Positions 26,808-40,930 of a stretch of 64,000 bases of DNA are shown here, one piece after another. The notes beneath the pieces are model-generated. The model was not told the origin of the DNA and ran no database searches. It was given only the letters and a program-made list of their open reading frames with translations. Numbering within the stretch: the stretch's first letter is position 1; each line of letters starts with the position of its first letter. The position numbers were made by a program, and so were the translations under genes. The stretch comes from Balamuthia mandrillaris. Taxonomy: Eukaryota. Location of the stretch: the NCBI GenBank assembly GCA_031835245.2, contig JAVKOQ020000036.1, positions 62,001 to 126,000 on the forward strand. Direction: 5' to 3'.

Positions 26808-28579
26808 GCGTTCAGAAGTAAAATAGTGATTCCGGTTTGCTGATTATCTTCAGAAGGTTGACCTTCAGAAGAGGGAGCATGTTTCTCATCCTCGCAGCGA
26901 GAGAGAGAGAGAGAGAGAGAAGAGAAGAGAAGAGAAGAGAAGAGAAGAGAAGAGAAGAGAAGAGAAGAGAAGAGAAGAGAAGAGAAGAGAAGAAGAGAAG
27001 AGAAGAGAAGAGAAGAGAAGAGAAGAGAAGAGAAGAGAAGAGAAGAGAAGAGAAGAGAAGAGAAGAGAAGAGAAGAGAAGAGAAGAGAAGAGAAGAGAAG
27101 AGAAGAGAAGAGAAGAGAAGAGAACGATGAAGAGAAGAGAAGAGAAGAGAAGAGAAGAGAAGAGAAGAGAAGAGAAGAGAAGAGAAGAGAAGAGAAGAGA
27201 AGAGAAGAGAAGAGAACGATGAAGAGAAGAGAAGAGAAGAGAAGAGAAGAGAAGAGAAGAGAAGAGAAGAGAAGAGAAGAGAACGATGAAGAGAAGAGAA
27301 CGATGAAGAGAAGAGAACGATGAAGAGAAGAGAACGATGAAGAGAAGAGAAGAGAACGATGAAGAGAAGAGAACGATGAAGAGAAGAGAACGATGAAGAG
27401 AAGAGAAGAGAAAGAGAGAAAGAGAGAAAGAGAGAAAGAGAAAGGGGGATGAGAACCCTAGTGGACATGTTCAAAATAAGGGAAGTAACCAAGTCGTCCA
27501 AAACGCTAACAGCAACATCCTTATTGTCTTCATCCTGTCGGAACGGTTTGCTCTCCACCACAGCAGTCAAGCAGGGGAAAGCGCCCTGTTTAAATAGGGG
27601 CCGTGAGTTTGAGACGTCTTATAAAGTAATAAAGGGTAAAATACCTTCTTCAAGGCCTTGTTGAAAATGAACAGTATGTCCTTTTCTTCGACGCGTTCAC
27701 TGGAAAGACCCGACTATGGTATGGAAAGAGATTGTTTGTAAGGACAAAAACCACAACAGAGGACATTAAAAGAAAAAGTTACCGTGGCTATGAACTGTAA
27801 ATAAAGAGCCCACGCAAACATCACTGGTCCTTGAAAAAACGCTGGTGAAAAAAGAAAAGAAACAAGTTCAGCAAACAGAGGAAAGAAAGAATGGAAGAAA
27901 GGAAGAGAGAACCATTTCGCCACTTAGAAGTCAGTTTGCGAGTAAAATCAGAGATGAATCTTTTGTCGGTAAGAAGAGAAACAGCCGCAGAGGAGCGTGC
28001 AGAAAGAGAGGAGCCAGGAGAACTCGATCCTCCTCCAATTCCATCCTCATTTCGGGAATCCACCAACTCTCCTTGTCTCTCCACATCGAGGAAGCAAAGA
28101 ATGGTGATTAGCAACAGTTGCGTCACATGAAGCAAGTCCATGTCTGTCGGATTCTTTTTCAGTGCTGAACTGCACTTCTCATAAAGATCTATCAAAGCGA
28201 GGGCTTCCTCCGGAGGGATGACTACTTGATAATAAATAGAAAGCAGACAGGAAACGAGCAATACGCGTTCCTCAGCATAAAAGCCAATTCGCCGTTGTCG
28301 TTTTTCTTGTGCTGCGGTTGACGATGGAGCTTGCGCACCTTGAGCAGGAGCAGGCTCGTTTGTCTGCAATAAATATGAACGTGTGTCAGAGAATGAAAGA
28401 GCGACAGCAAAGAGGGCAGTGATACCAAAACGAGGTCAATGAGGCGTTTGGCAAGACCTTCGGCAATGAGCTCGTTGGTAAATTGAATGATCAACGCTCG
28501 TAAACCCTCGGATATGTCTGGATCTCCTCTTCCCTGATAACAACAATGATAGCAGTTTAAGTAAACTAATAGAAAGGAG

Positions 28580-28610
<31 letters not shown>

Positions 28611-29487
28611 GTTCGATAGTTTCCAACAACCACAAAAAGAGGCAGAGGAAATTTGATAGAAACCATCAAAGTGTGTTATTATTAACACATTTTGATTGAT
28701 CGCTTTTGCACAACAAACACGCCCGTGACCTATGGGTTTGTGTAAAATTGTTTTACACCAAGTCAAGGGTTCTAGCGTGTGCTCTTCTAGGGATGGAACT
28801 TGGGATGAATGAGAGCGAAGCGAACGAGAGGTTACCCGCAAGAGATTCAACAAGGAATGCAAAAGATGTTGCCGCTCAGCAAAGTAGATCAGTTCTGCTT
28901 TTGTTAGAACCTCCTCTGCCTCTAGTGCATAACTACCCAACTGTATCATAGAAGAAACACAACATAATATAGTGAGAGAGAGAGAGAGAGAGAGAGAGAA
29001 CAAAGAGCGAAGACAGAGTTGAAGACAAAGAGTGCGTTCAGATAAAAATAGTGATTCCGGTTTGCTTGCTTTCTTCAAAAGAGGCTTCATAGCACTTCAG
29101 AAGAGGGAGCATGTTTCTCATCTTTTGCAGAGAAGCGAAGAGTACGACTACAAACAGAGAACGAAAATGTTTTTTTTAAAAAAAGAGCATTACCTCTTCA
29201 TACGCAGACCGCAACAGCATAACGCTGGATATTTCGTTCAAGTTAAGGTCATCGCTCAACACAAGAGCCTATTTTGAAAACAAGAACATTTGTCAAATGA
29301 ATGAGAGGAAAAGAGAAAGCGAAAAGAATGAGAGAGAGAGTAGGTCTGCAAGATTCAGAAGTAAAATAGTGATTCCGGTTTGCTGAGTATCTTCAAAAGC
29401 AAAAAGACTTGCCTCAGAAGAGGGAGCATGTTTCTCATCACTTTTGCAGAGGGTAGACTAGCGAGAACTCCAAAGGAAAGAGAGGGA

Positions 29488-29534
<47 letters not shown>

Positions 29535-29769
29535 GGGATATACCTGCTGGCTAAACTCTTTTGGCAGCTTCTTGCGAACGTTGTCAATGACCACTTCGCC
29601 GTCCTCCACTTGTTTTTTTTGTGCCGCATTTTTGGGCTTTGGTTTATGTTTTAAAAAGAATTACAAGTTTGATGATAACCACAAAAAAAAAACCAATTCA
29701 TCCGTGAGAAAAGAAAAAAGAAGACGAAAAGGAACAAAGAGAATAGAATAGAATAGAAGGAGAGTGAGT

Positions 29770-29819
<50 letters not shown>

Positions 29820-29964
29820 CCGGATTTTGTAGCGGAGTGAGAAAACTTGTTTTGTGATGGATGAGCACCGTTTGAAGGCGTCTCAGGTTTTTCACTGTGG
29901 CCGGCTGAGAAAAGGCATTCGCGATGCTGTTCGAGAGGTGCTGAAACGAGTCCTCTTCCTCCAT
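19853..29964 (-). CDS. NUP205: Nuclear pore scaffold protein Nup205/Nup192, many exons; snoRNA host
   Basis: Motifs ELEEREARAREYPQLIAFLELL, VFLRFDSRGYLNPGEQWRVAS, ILQLLLRNLDIPAPNLTHFILGFD and RGNLYAALLNYL; very large helical protein. Confidence 0.82.
26808..26896 (-). ncRNA. Intronic box C/D snoRNA, family 1 (SNORD100-like), variant C box AGGAUGA
   Basis: Minus strand reads AGGATGA-GAAACATGCTCCCTCTT-CTGA...TGAAGA...CCGGAATCACTATTTTACTT-CTGA; paralog of four other copies. Confidence 0.75.
26910..27410. repeat. (AGAGA)n pentanucleotide array with AGAACGATGA interruptions, in a NUP205 intron
   Basis: Directly visible. Confidence 0.95.
28602..28805 (-). ncRNA. Candidate intronic H/ACA guide RNA with three hairpins (H-H-ACA)
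   Basis: Hairpin CCAAGT/ACTTGG + AAAACA (ANANNA); hairpin ACACA/TGTGT + ATAATA (ANANNA); hairpin ATGGTTT/GAACCAT + ACA. Each has a bipartite internal loop. Confidence 0.7.
29033..29129 (-). ncRNA. Intronic box C/D snoRNA, family 1, variant C box AAGAUGA
   Basis: Same guide ACATGCTCCCTCTT-CTGA, CCGGAATCA element and terminal CTGA. Confidence 0.72.
29345..29450 (-). ncRNA. Intronic box C/D snoRNA, family 1 (canonical)
   Basis: GTGATGA C box, D' CTGA, C' TGAAGA, D CTGA and terminal stem TCTGCAA/TTGCAGA. Confidence 0.88.
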
Positions 29965-30184
29965 CGATCTTGCTTCTTTCGCTCTCTTTGTCTTCTTCTT
30001 TTCTCTCCAATAATTTTTTTCTTTTCTTTCGATTTAAAGTACTCCTCGTGCATTTTGAAGGCTGCAGGTCATTTCGTGCAGCCGTTGACCTTTGTTTTCC
30101 CGCCCTTTTTGTCGGCACAAATAATGTCGACATTAATATTTTATATGTCGGCAAAAAGTATATTGATGTCGACACAACACCAAG

Positions 30185-30347
30185 CGCCGGAGACGTCGCC
30201 GCATTGAACTCCAATGTCCATTCCCTTGTTCCCCCAGGGTTTGCGTGATGGTTTTCTCCTTGCGGAAGCTTGTTGGAGGGAGCGCCTTCTTCCAGCTGGA
30301 CCGACTCGCTCAACTTGAGATAATACGGATAGAAACCGTTGTCATTC
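30185..30347 (-). pseudogene. Degenerate, inverted copy of one exon of FG-GAP gene B
   Basis: Minus strand matches ~15071-15225 (NGFYxYxLKLSESxQLEEGAPSNKLP) with indels that break the frame. Confidence 0.8.
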
Positions 30348-30479
30348 GGTGTGTGCAAGAGTGCTCTCTCTTGAATCTTACACACGTCTAACTCTACCCT
30401 TTGTCGCTATGGGAAAATTTTTCATAACGCCTTCAATGTAGGTCCAGCTTGCAAAGGGGGCCTTGATCCTTTGCCTTCT

Positions 30480-31527
30480 TTATTGAAGAAGACAAGAAGT
30501 GTCACGTTCAAACGAAGCTTTTGACTTGCCTTGCAAAGCCGCCTTTGCTGCAGCTGTGAACACTTCATCAATATCTATGCCATCCATCGCACTGCATACC
30601 ATGAAGGCTTCTGCGTTGATTCTTGGAGTGTTTTTGTACCTATGTTAGTACCTGAAAAAATAACTATAGAAACGAAAAACAGTTCACACAAATGAAACCT
30701 CTTTGCAACTTCTTCTGCTTGTTTGAGGGAGACAATGTGCTCATGGCCATAGGCCCTGCTGACAGCTGGATCGAAGCGACCACCATCACAGCCATCATTC
30801 TTCAGCCCTACAAGGATTACAGGCACGTCAGGAATATGGTCGCCAATCTCTTGATGCCATTTGGTCACCACGTTCTGTAGAGAACAGGCGTCGGCCATGC
30901 TGAACGCCATTACAATGACATTAGCTCCCAAGTAGGTCAACATTCGAATCCGCGTATATTCCTCTGGTCTAAAGCACAATAAGAAAAATGCAACACAACA
31001 CATCGCAACAGAGATAAAAACAATGGCTCAGCTTACCCAGCAGTATCCCACACGTCCAAATAAAGCCCAGGCGCCAAGCGAAGTTCATAGCTCTCGCATA
31101 TAGTAGGCACGTAGTCCTTTGGGAACTGTTGCATTGCGTAGGTAATGAGGAGAGAGGTCTTTCCAACGCTAGTGTCTCCGACCAGCACTGCTTTAAGCTG
31201 TCCTCTGTGACCGTAGGACAGCCATTCCTCTTCTCTCTTCCTCTGCTCTTGTTCTTTTGCTCTCTTTCTATTGTTATTTGCTTTCGCGTTATAAATGAAG
31301 TATAACAAAACAGAAGGATGAGTCTGTACTTACTGAAGGATGTAGTGTCTCAATTGTTCCTTGTAGCTACGCTTGACTGTTGATGAATAAAAACCACGCG
31401 AGTCCATGTGTTGAACAACATTCTCCCAGAGGTGGTCATCTCTTGTAACCATTTCCCACAGCTGGTCATGCATTGTATTGTCAAAACCTGAGGTCGGTCT
31501 CTCTTTGTCTTGTGATTTCATCTTGCG

Positions 31528-31564
<37 letters not shown>

Positions 31565-33243
31565 AACAATAACAAACCTTGCAAACTTGACTTGCAGTAA
31601 ACAGATCCTTGCCACCGAGGTGAGAAAAAATCTTAAGCAAGATCTCATCTGGCAATCGCTTGCTCCAGGCTTCATCGTGATGCACAGTGGTATTCATCTC
31701 CAACCTCACTCTCCACAATTGTCCCGAACAAGCACCTCCATCTTCTGCCTTCATGCCTCCAAACCAAAGCAACAAGTTATGGCTGTTCGTGAAAGTCATT
31801 GAATGAAAGACTGTGCCTTCTGCCGGTATCTTTTCCTGTGCTGCTTTTCCAACTCTTTTTTTATTCCTCCTTTTTTTCATTTGAAGCTGTTCGCAAACGT
31901 GAAGAACAGGACCCATCCACGTTCCTTCGCGAAAAGTGTATACCCACATGTCTTGAAATACGTTGTCTTTGTCTCGTCCACCACTGATGATCAACACTCT
32001 TTCCTTTTCATCTACCGCTGCAGCATGTCCCCATCTTCCTTCTGGATTAGTTCTCTTTTCTTGTTGTTGGTGAGAAGAAGAAGAAGAAGAAGAAGAAGAA
32101 GAAGAAGAAGAAGAATTCGGTTGGAAGAGACACGTCCAAGTCGCAGTATTGCTGTTCCACTTCCACAAATCAGCCAAGGCTTGTTTGTTGGTGGTTTGGC
32201 CTCCAAAGACATACATGTCTCCTTCAAACACTATTGCTGTGTGATGCATTCTTGCTGTTGGACGATGACAAGAAACACCTTCCTTCTTCTGTTTATGTTG
32301 CTTCTTTGTCTTCTTTTCGGCCTTCTTCTTGTGCTTCACTTCGCTCTTCTTATGCTTTTGCTCCTTCGCATCAACAGAAGAAGCAGTCGAACAGATGTCA
32401 TCAGCCACTTGCTTCTCGGTTCGCCACCTCCACTTTGCGTCGTTCTTCTCAAGAAGCACCAGACAGAACAAGTCATCGCATAAGCGACCATCGTTGTCGA
32501 ACCCACCAAAAACAACCAGTTGAGCTCCCACCACTACTCCGCTATGGCCATATCTTGCACTTGGTTTGCAACCTGTGGTCTCCACTCTTCTCCATTCTCC
32601 TTCTTCTTGCTTCTCTTTGTGCTTCTTCTTGTTCTTCTTCTCTTTCTTCTTTGTGTTGGCGTCAGGACTCGAGTGAGACGACCAACAAAGAATGTCGTTG
32701 TGATGGTTGTGGTCATGCCTGCTCTTTCCGCCAAAGACAAGCATCTTCGTTGTCACTTGCCTCTTGCTTGCTTTGCTTTCCGCTTCGTTTCTTTCTGGCG
32801 GCAAGATCATAGCGCAGTGCCCGGTGCGGTTCAGCCGAAAGGGAGAAGAAGCGAGTCCTGCCTTGTGCCCTGCTTCAACCGCGTTGCCATTGGCGCCATT
32901 GTGCAAAAGTTGCCATGTGTGGTCCTCCAGAGAGAAGCTGAGGAGCTCACCTGCATCATCATACGAACTGGAAATAAGCGCAAGGAAGAAGAACACTACC
33001 GGAAGAAGCAGGAGCAGGAGGAGGGCGAAAGAGAGAAAACATACCAGAAATAGGAGACTGGTGGGTGGTTCCACCACCGAACAGGAGGAGCTCAGCGTTG
33101 TTGTTTGCCACAACAGCAGAGTGACCGAACCTCCCTTCCAGCCCTCGACCTGAGGGCACCACCAGCTGACAGTTTGGTAGCTGCTGCCAGTGGGCCACGA
33201 CTCCCTCTTTGGGGTCTGCTCTCCGGGATCCTCGGCGGAGCAT
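30480..33243 (-). CDS. Kelch-repeat / F-box / Rho-family GTPase fusion protein with CaaX
   Basis: Kelch motifs (GRFGHSAV, ARYGHSGV, ARMHHTA, GRWGHAA, FGG); F-box RLPDEILLKIFSHL...CK|LWEMVTRDDHLW; G1 GDTSVGKT, YVPT, WDTAG, VILVGLKND; C-terminus SCLLQ*. Confidence 0.78.
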
Positions 33244-33446
33244 CGTTACGTACAGCAGCACGGCATCCCGTAGATTTTCACGTCGTCATGAGTGATTCGC
33301 CTTTTAAGGTCAATTCGTGCTGTTTTTGAGCAAAATTGGTGCTGTGCATGTCGATTTGTGCAGCATTTGTGCAACTTTAATGAAGCATCTGTGCAGCAAA
33401 TCGTAGCAAAAAAAAAGTAGCGAGGAGGATCAAAGATTTGAGCACA

Positions 33447-34656
33447 ATGGAAGGCAGCAAGAAGAAAGGTGGCAGCCGAGGAGGAGGAGGTGCAGCTTCC
33501 ATGAGCGCTCCTGGGTCGTCCTCCTCCTCCACTCGCAAATGGGCTTTTAACCTGAACAACAACGACGGAGCAAGTGCTCCTGGCGGTGTGACGCCCCCTT
33601 TGGGCTTTGGCGCTGACACAGATTATACTGGCGTAAGCCTTGAGATCTCTTTTATGATTTGACTTTGTCTCTCTCTCAGTTTCTCTCTACTTTTTTCCTC
33701 ACTCCACTTTTGGTCAAAAATGTAAAAGTCAGGACCAAGCAACAGCGCCAGGAAGAGGTTAGCCACGGACAAGAATGCGTTGCGCGAGCTGAAAAAAAAG
33801 GTATTTGACACACCGAAAGCCTTCTTCTACCTTTCTCTTCTCCTCCTTTTCGTTTCTTTATGTTGTTCCTCTTCTCGTTCGGGCTTCTTGTTCTGTTCTT
33901 CGTGTTCTTCTTTTCTTCACTTGTACTTCTCCTCCTTCTTGTCCTTCTTCCTTGCTTCTTCTTGTCCTTCGCCGTCTCCACTCTGTGCTCTCGTTCTCTC
34001 TGCTTTACACCCTTCTTCCCGTATCTATTCTCTGTTATCTGCTTACCTGCTTGTTTGTTCCTTTGTGATCGATGCACAGAGAGCATGGGAGTTGGGCACC
34101 AGTCCTGCCAAAAGCATATTTATGACCATGTTTATGGTTTGGATGACAGGCAACAGCGTCAACATCTTCAGCATCATGATCGCTCTCTTCACTCTCATCA
34201 ATCCCCTCAAATCCATCTTTCAAACAAGACAAGGTTTCTTTTCTCCTCTCCGCTTCGCTCTTCTATGTTTCTCTACTTCTCTCCTGTTCTCTCGTCCTCT
34301 TATCTTTTTCTTTAACTAAAACGCACATACAGCTTTTAGTCGGTTTTCAGAATTGGGGTCAGACCTCATTCTTCCGCAGTTGGCTTATATTGGGCTGCAT
34401 TTGTTGACCCTCAGCATTGGCGCTTACAAGTGTTACAACCTCGGCGTTTTGCCAACGGAAGCGGATCTCGCGGCTGCCCTCGTTACCAAAGAGGTAAAAC
34501 TTTCTCTTTCTTCTGTTTTCCTTCGTTTTTCTCTGTTTTTCTTCATTTCTCACTTTTGTCTTTGATGTTTCCTGCGGTTGCGAATGTGTTGCCTGCCTGC
34601 AGGCAATGGAAGTATCCGGTGGTGGTCTCGCTTTCTCTTCCTCTCTCCCTCAGTGA
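33447..34656 (+). CDS. EMC4: ER membrane protein complex subunit 4 (TMEM85)
   Basis: PPLGF motif, RAWELGTSPAKSIFMTMFMVWMTGNSVNIFSIM and YKCYNLGVLPTEAD; spliced. Confidence 0.85.
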
Positions 34657-35053
34657 ACCCCTTTCTTTCTTTTCCTTTCTTTCGTTTCTTTCTTCCTTCT
34701 GCATTCTTTGCATTCCTCGTTATAAAAATGGAAAAACCGGGAATTTCACCAAACACACAAAGGAAAGCCGATTTTTTCCCACCTGACCTAAAAACGCGCC
34801 TGTCATTCGTCACAAATACCCGAAAGTTCCCCGGAGTTTCGGAATTTAACCATATAAAGAAAATATGTGAATGATCTGACAAATATAGACAACCTATTTC
34901 CCGGATTCTTCTCATTTTCTTCACTTTTTGGTGCTTTTCCGTTTCTTTTCTCTTTCCCCATTTTTCCTCTCTTTTTATTTTATATTTTTGCTTTCTTTTT
35001 CCATTTTTTTCTTTTTTCACAACAAAAAGAGAAAACCATTTCATAAGGTTTGA

Positions 35054-37093
<2,040 letters not shown>

Positions 37094-37301
37094 GAAGCTA
37101 GCCCACCATCCGTGGAAAGTCACCCCCTGCCGGCTAGACTTGTTCACTTCTACTAGCAATAACACTCAATAATTTACCTTTAAAATTCACTTTCTCTCCT
37201 CCCCTTTTCCCAACTTCTTTCTCTCTCTCACTCTTTCTCTTTCTTTCTCTCTCGGTTGGCCTGGAGCGGTGGTAGAAAAAGTTGTGGAGAATGTCAATTG
37301 T

Positions 37302-38246
37302 TTACTTTTGGTTGCGTTTGCTGAGGATGGTCAAGCAGATGACCCAGAAGAAGCCGACCATGTTGCTGAACAGCACTCGCAGGTGGGGCGGCACGAAGTA
37401 AAAGTTGACCAGAGAGGCGAATGGCCACACCTTCATTTTGGGGCAAAGAGAACACAACGTCAGAGAGGAAGAAGAAGAAGAAGAAGAAGAAGAAGAAGAA
37501 GAAGAAGAAGAAGAAGAAGAAGAAGAAGAAGAAGAAGAAGAAGAAGAAGAAGAAGAAGAAGAAGAAGAAGAAGAAGAAGAAGAAGAACAAGATCAAGAAC
37601 AAGAACAAGAACAAGAACAAGAACAAGAACAAGAACAAGAACAAGAACAAGAACAAGAACAAGAACAAGAAGAACAAGAAGGAGAAGAAAAGGAAAGAAA
37701 GCGCATACCTTCCAGCTGGTACGAAGGGTGGGCCACAAGTTCTGCCTCGTGTTGCTCACATTAGCCCTCGGGCCTTTGCCCTCCAATACGCCCAGAAAAG
37801 TGTAGAACAAAACCTACAAAGAAAAACAAAATAATCAATCATCAAATTAAATTTTTTTTTGTCCACCAAATCGTTTTACTTACGTTGATGATGGGACCGA
37901 AAACAAGCTGATCGACGGCCACTTTGGCCAGGGTCTTCCATTTGCCAAACGGCTGCCAGTTGATCTGCTCCACCAACCAGAACCAGTAGTGGGAGAACGG
38001 GGAGAGGACAAAGCCCAACACGGTGAACCTCAGCAAGCGCTTCAGGTCGAGCGGCTGCCTCTCCACCAATTTCTGGGCGAACAGATTGCCGGTGGAGTTG
38101 ATGAGCGCGGAGGTGAGGGCTTTGGTCAGCACGGGCCTCCTGTTGAGCGCTTGTTGGTAGAGCTGCCACAGCTGTTGTTGGTAGGAGACCACCGCCGTGG
38201 AAGAGGACCTGCTCTGTTGGCCTTCCGGTGTTTTGGGTCCCGCCAT
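37302..38246 (-). CDS. Mpv17/PMP22 (PXMP2-like) membrane protein, 3 exons
   Basis: YQQALNRRPVLTKALTSAL, LAKVAVDQLVFGPI and SWKVWPFASLVNFYFVPPHLRVLFSNMVGFFW. Confidence 0.85.
37468..37680. repeat. (GAA)n followed by (CAAGAA)n microsatellite, intronic
   Basis: Directly visible. Confidence 0.95.
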
Positions 38247-38463
38247 CTCTTCTTCCTCTTCTTTTCTGCTTTCTTTCTTTGCTCAAAAATTTTTGGGTTA
38301 CTTAAAAATTATCGAAATGTTTGATCACTTTGTTGATATATTCACAATGTTTGATAATCGTATGTTTTTTTATTCATTGGATTTGCGTTTATTGAAAAGT
38401 GCAACAAAATGTCAATTATCGGCAGAGAATAAACAAATTTTATGATAAAAAACAATATATTGT

Positions 38464-40880
38464 TTAACTGGCAGACTTTTGTTTCTTCTTCTTCTTGGTT
38501 GTCGTTTTCTTCTTTTTCTCCAGGGGCTCTCCCTCCACATCCATCAACTCGGTTTCTTTCTTCTGGATCCGCACCGGCTTCTCCTTCTCTCCACCCCTCC
38601 AGCTCTCCGTCACGTCATCCCCCAAGACCATCTTCTCCGCCCCATCCCCTTCCCTCTCCTTCTTTCTCTCCAAGGCCGGCAACTGCGTCTCGCACTCCGT
38701 CATGGCGTTCACGTCCAACGGCTGCATCAGCCCAAAGCATCCCGTCCCGCATTTGGGCACCTCGCCCAGCACGATGCTGGCCGAGGGAGAGCTGAGGTCG
38801 TCGTGGTCGCCAAACATGGCCGCGTGGCTCAAAAAGTTCATCGTCGTCTCGAAGCTCATCTTTTGCAGCGGCGAAGTGGAGGAGGAGATGCCGACGCGGC
38901 TGAAGGGCTTGAAGCGACCCTCAAAGGTCATGTAATCGGCAATCAGGGTGAGGTGACGAGGATCCACGGAGATGCCGTAGACGGCGAACACGCCGGCCAC
39001 TTCCAGGCAGATGGCGCGACGAGCGGCCTCCACGCCATAGGTATGAAGGATGGCGTAGATGTCATTGCAGTAGATGTCCTTGGTGATGATGCTGTCTTGG
39101 TACTCCCAAATCGACTTGAAGTTTACACCCTCTGTTAACAGTACCCACTTTTTGTGTTTGTTTTGATATTAGAAAAAGCGAAGAGAGAAAAGAGCAAAGA
39201 GAACGGAGAAACTTACGTCAGGAGTAACAGCCCCAGGGTAAGGAATAGGTGGGTCTTCCGGTTTGTTGACAAAGCATCGTTTAATGCCAGGCACATCGTG
39301 AATGACAAACTTGTTGCTGAGCTCCTCCATGATGGCAATCATGAGCAGCTTCTTGTCATCTGCCCTCACTTTGATGTCGAGGTCAAAAGTCACTTTGGTC
39401 TCATCAAAGTTGTAGTCCATCAACATCTCATCGCTGCCCAAAAGTCTCTTCACGCGAAGACCTCCTCCTTGAGAGCGCTTCAAGCCCGAACTCGAAGCCG
39501 CAGATCTTCTCGACTTGGTTCTCGATGCGGTTTGTGATTGCTTCATGAAAGCGTTCAACGCAGAGGAAGAGGCTTGTTTTTTGGCTTCTGCCTCTTCGTC
39601 CTCTGCCTCTTCGTCGTCATCGCCTTTCTTCAAACGTTCTCGTTGTTCTCGCTCTTGACGACGAATGGAGGCGGCTTCGTCCTCTTCGGCATCGTCGTAG
39701 CCCACTATGGCTCGTTTTCTCTCTCGCAGCTTGGAGGAGACGGCGTCATTGTCTTCGTCGTTGGCGGCCGCTCGAGTGGTGTCCACATCATCGTCGTCGG
39801 CAACGGCTGATTCGTCAAAGGCGGGTCGTTCTGGTCCTGATGGAACTCCCACTGTATAATGTGAGGAATGGATAAATAAGTTTAGATATTAGAAAGAAAG
39901 AAAGAAAAGAAGGAAAGAGAAGGGAGTACATACACTCCTTGTTCTTTTTCATTTTGAGCTTAGCTCGAACGGTGGAAATAACTTGAGGAATAAAGCGTTC
40001 CTAGATTCAACGAGAGAGTAAAGTTAGACTCAAAATAAAGAAGAGAAAGAGAGAGAGAGGTATTGAATTGGCAAGGAATAGTTTCAGAAGAACAGAAATC
40101 AAAAAATCAAACTCATCAATGACATTCAGGTAATGTGGGTAAGTTGAGTTTTTAGTCATCATAATAACTATCCCGCCGCCAACGCAGAGGACAAACAAAA
40201 CAAACGAAAAGACAACAGAATAAAAAGAAAGGTTACCTCCAAAATTTCGGCGAGACGCCAGAAAGATATTCTGTTTACGTCGGTGCCCCATTTCTTCTGC
40301 GGCTTCATCTGGAAGTGAATCTTATAGATACGTGAGCGAGACACCTCCGACCGAACTGACTCTGTGACAGTCAGCTGGTCCACCAGTTCCGCCAAAGGAA
40401 GTCTGTATAACTTGTCTGCAAGCATCTTTGCATCTATCCATTTAAAATGTTAGTAAATAACATACAAATCAAAACAACAAACAAAAACGAACCCGTTTCA
40501 GAACTGCCTTTCGGTAACGGCAAAGTCATAGAAGGCGTCTTGATATCTTTAGAAGCTGTCATCAGGATTTCCTTCAAACGAGGAATACCAAGGGTCACGT
40601 TGGCCTCTCCTCTGCCAGCCAAATGGAAGGTGTTCAGCGTCATCTGCGTAGAGGGTTCTCCGATGGACTGAGCGGCAAGCAGACCGACTGCCTCTCCGGC
40701 GTCCACTTGGCAGCGGCTGAAATAGAACTGCATCAAGTCGCGGAAAGCGCGTTGACTGGGTTTGTAGGTGGCAAAAGGCTTGCTCGGAGGTTCGTCTTTC
40801 TCTCTCAAAGTGCGATCTGGATTCTTTTTGATGTACTGTTTGTGTATAAAGAATGAACACATAATGAGAGAATAGAATAA

Positions 40881-40930
<50 letters not shown>

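Noticed and set aside
26812..27570. ORFs with SSLLF / REEKR repeats, and poly-E/K/F ORFs at 37294-37834
   Set aside because: Translations of intronic microsatellites.
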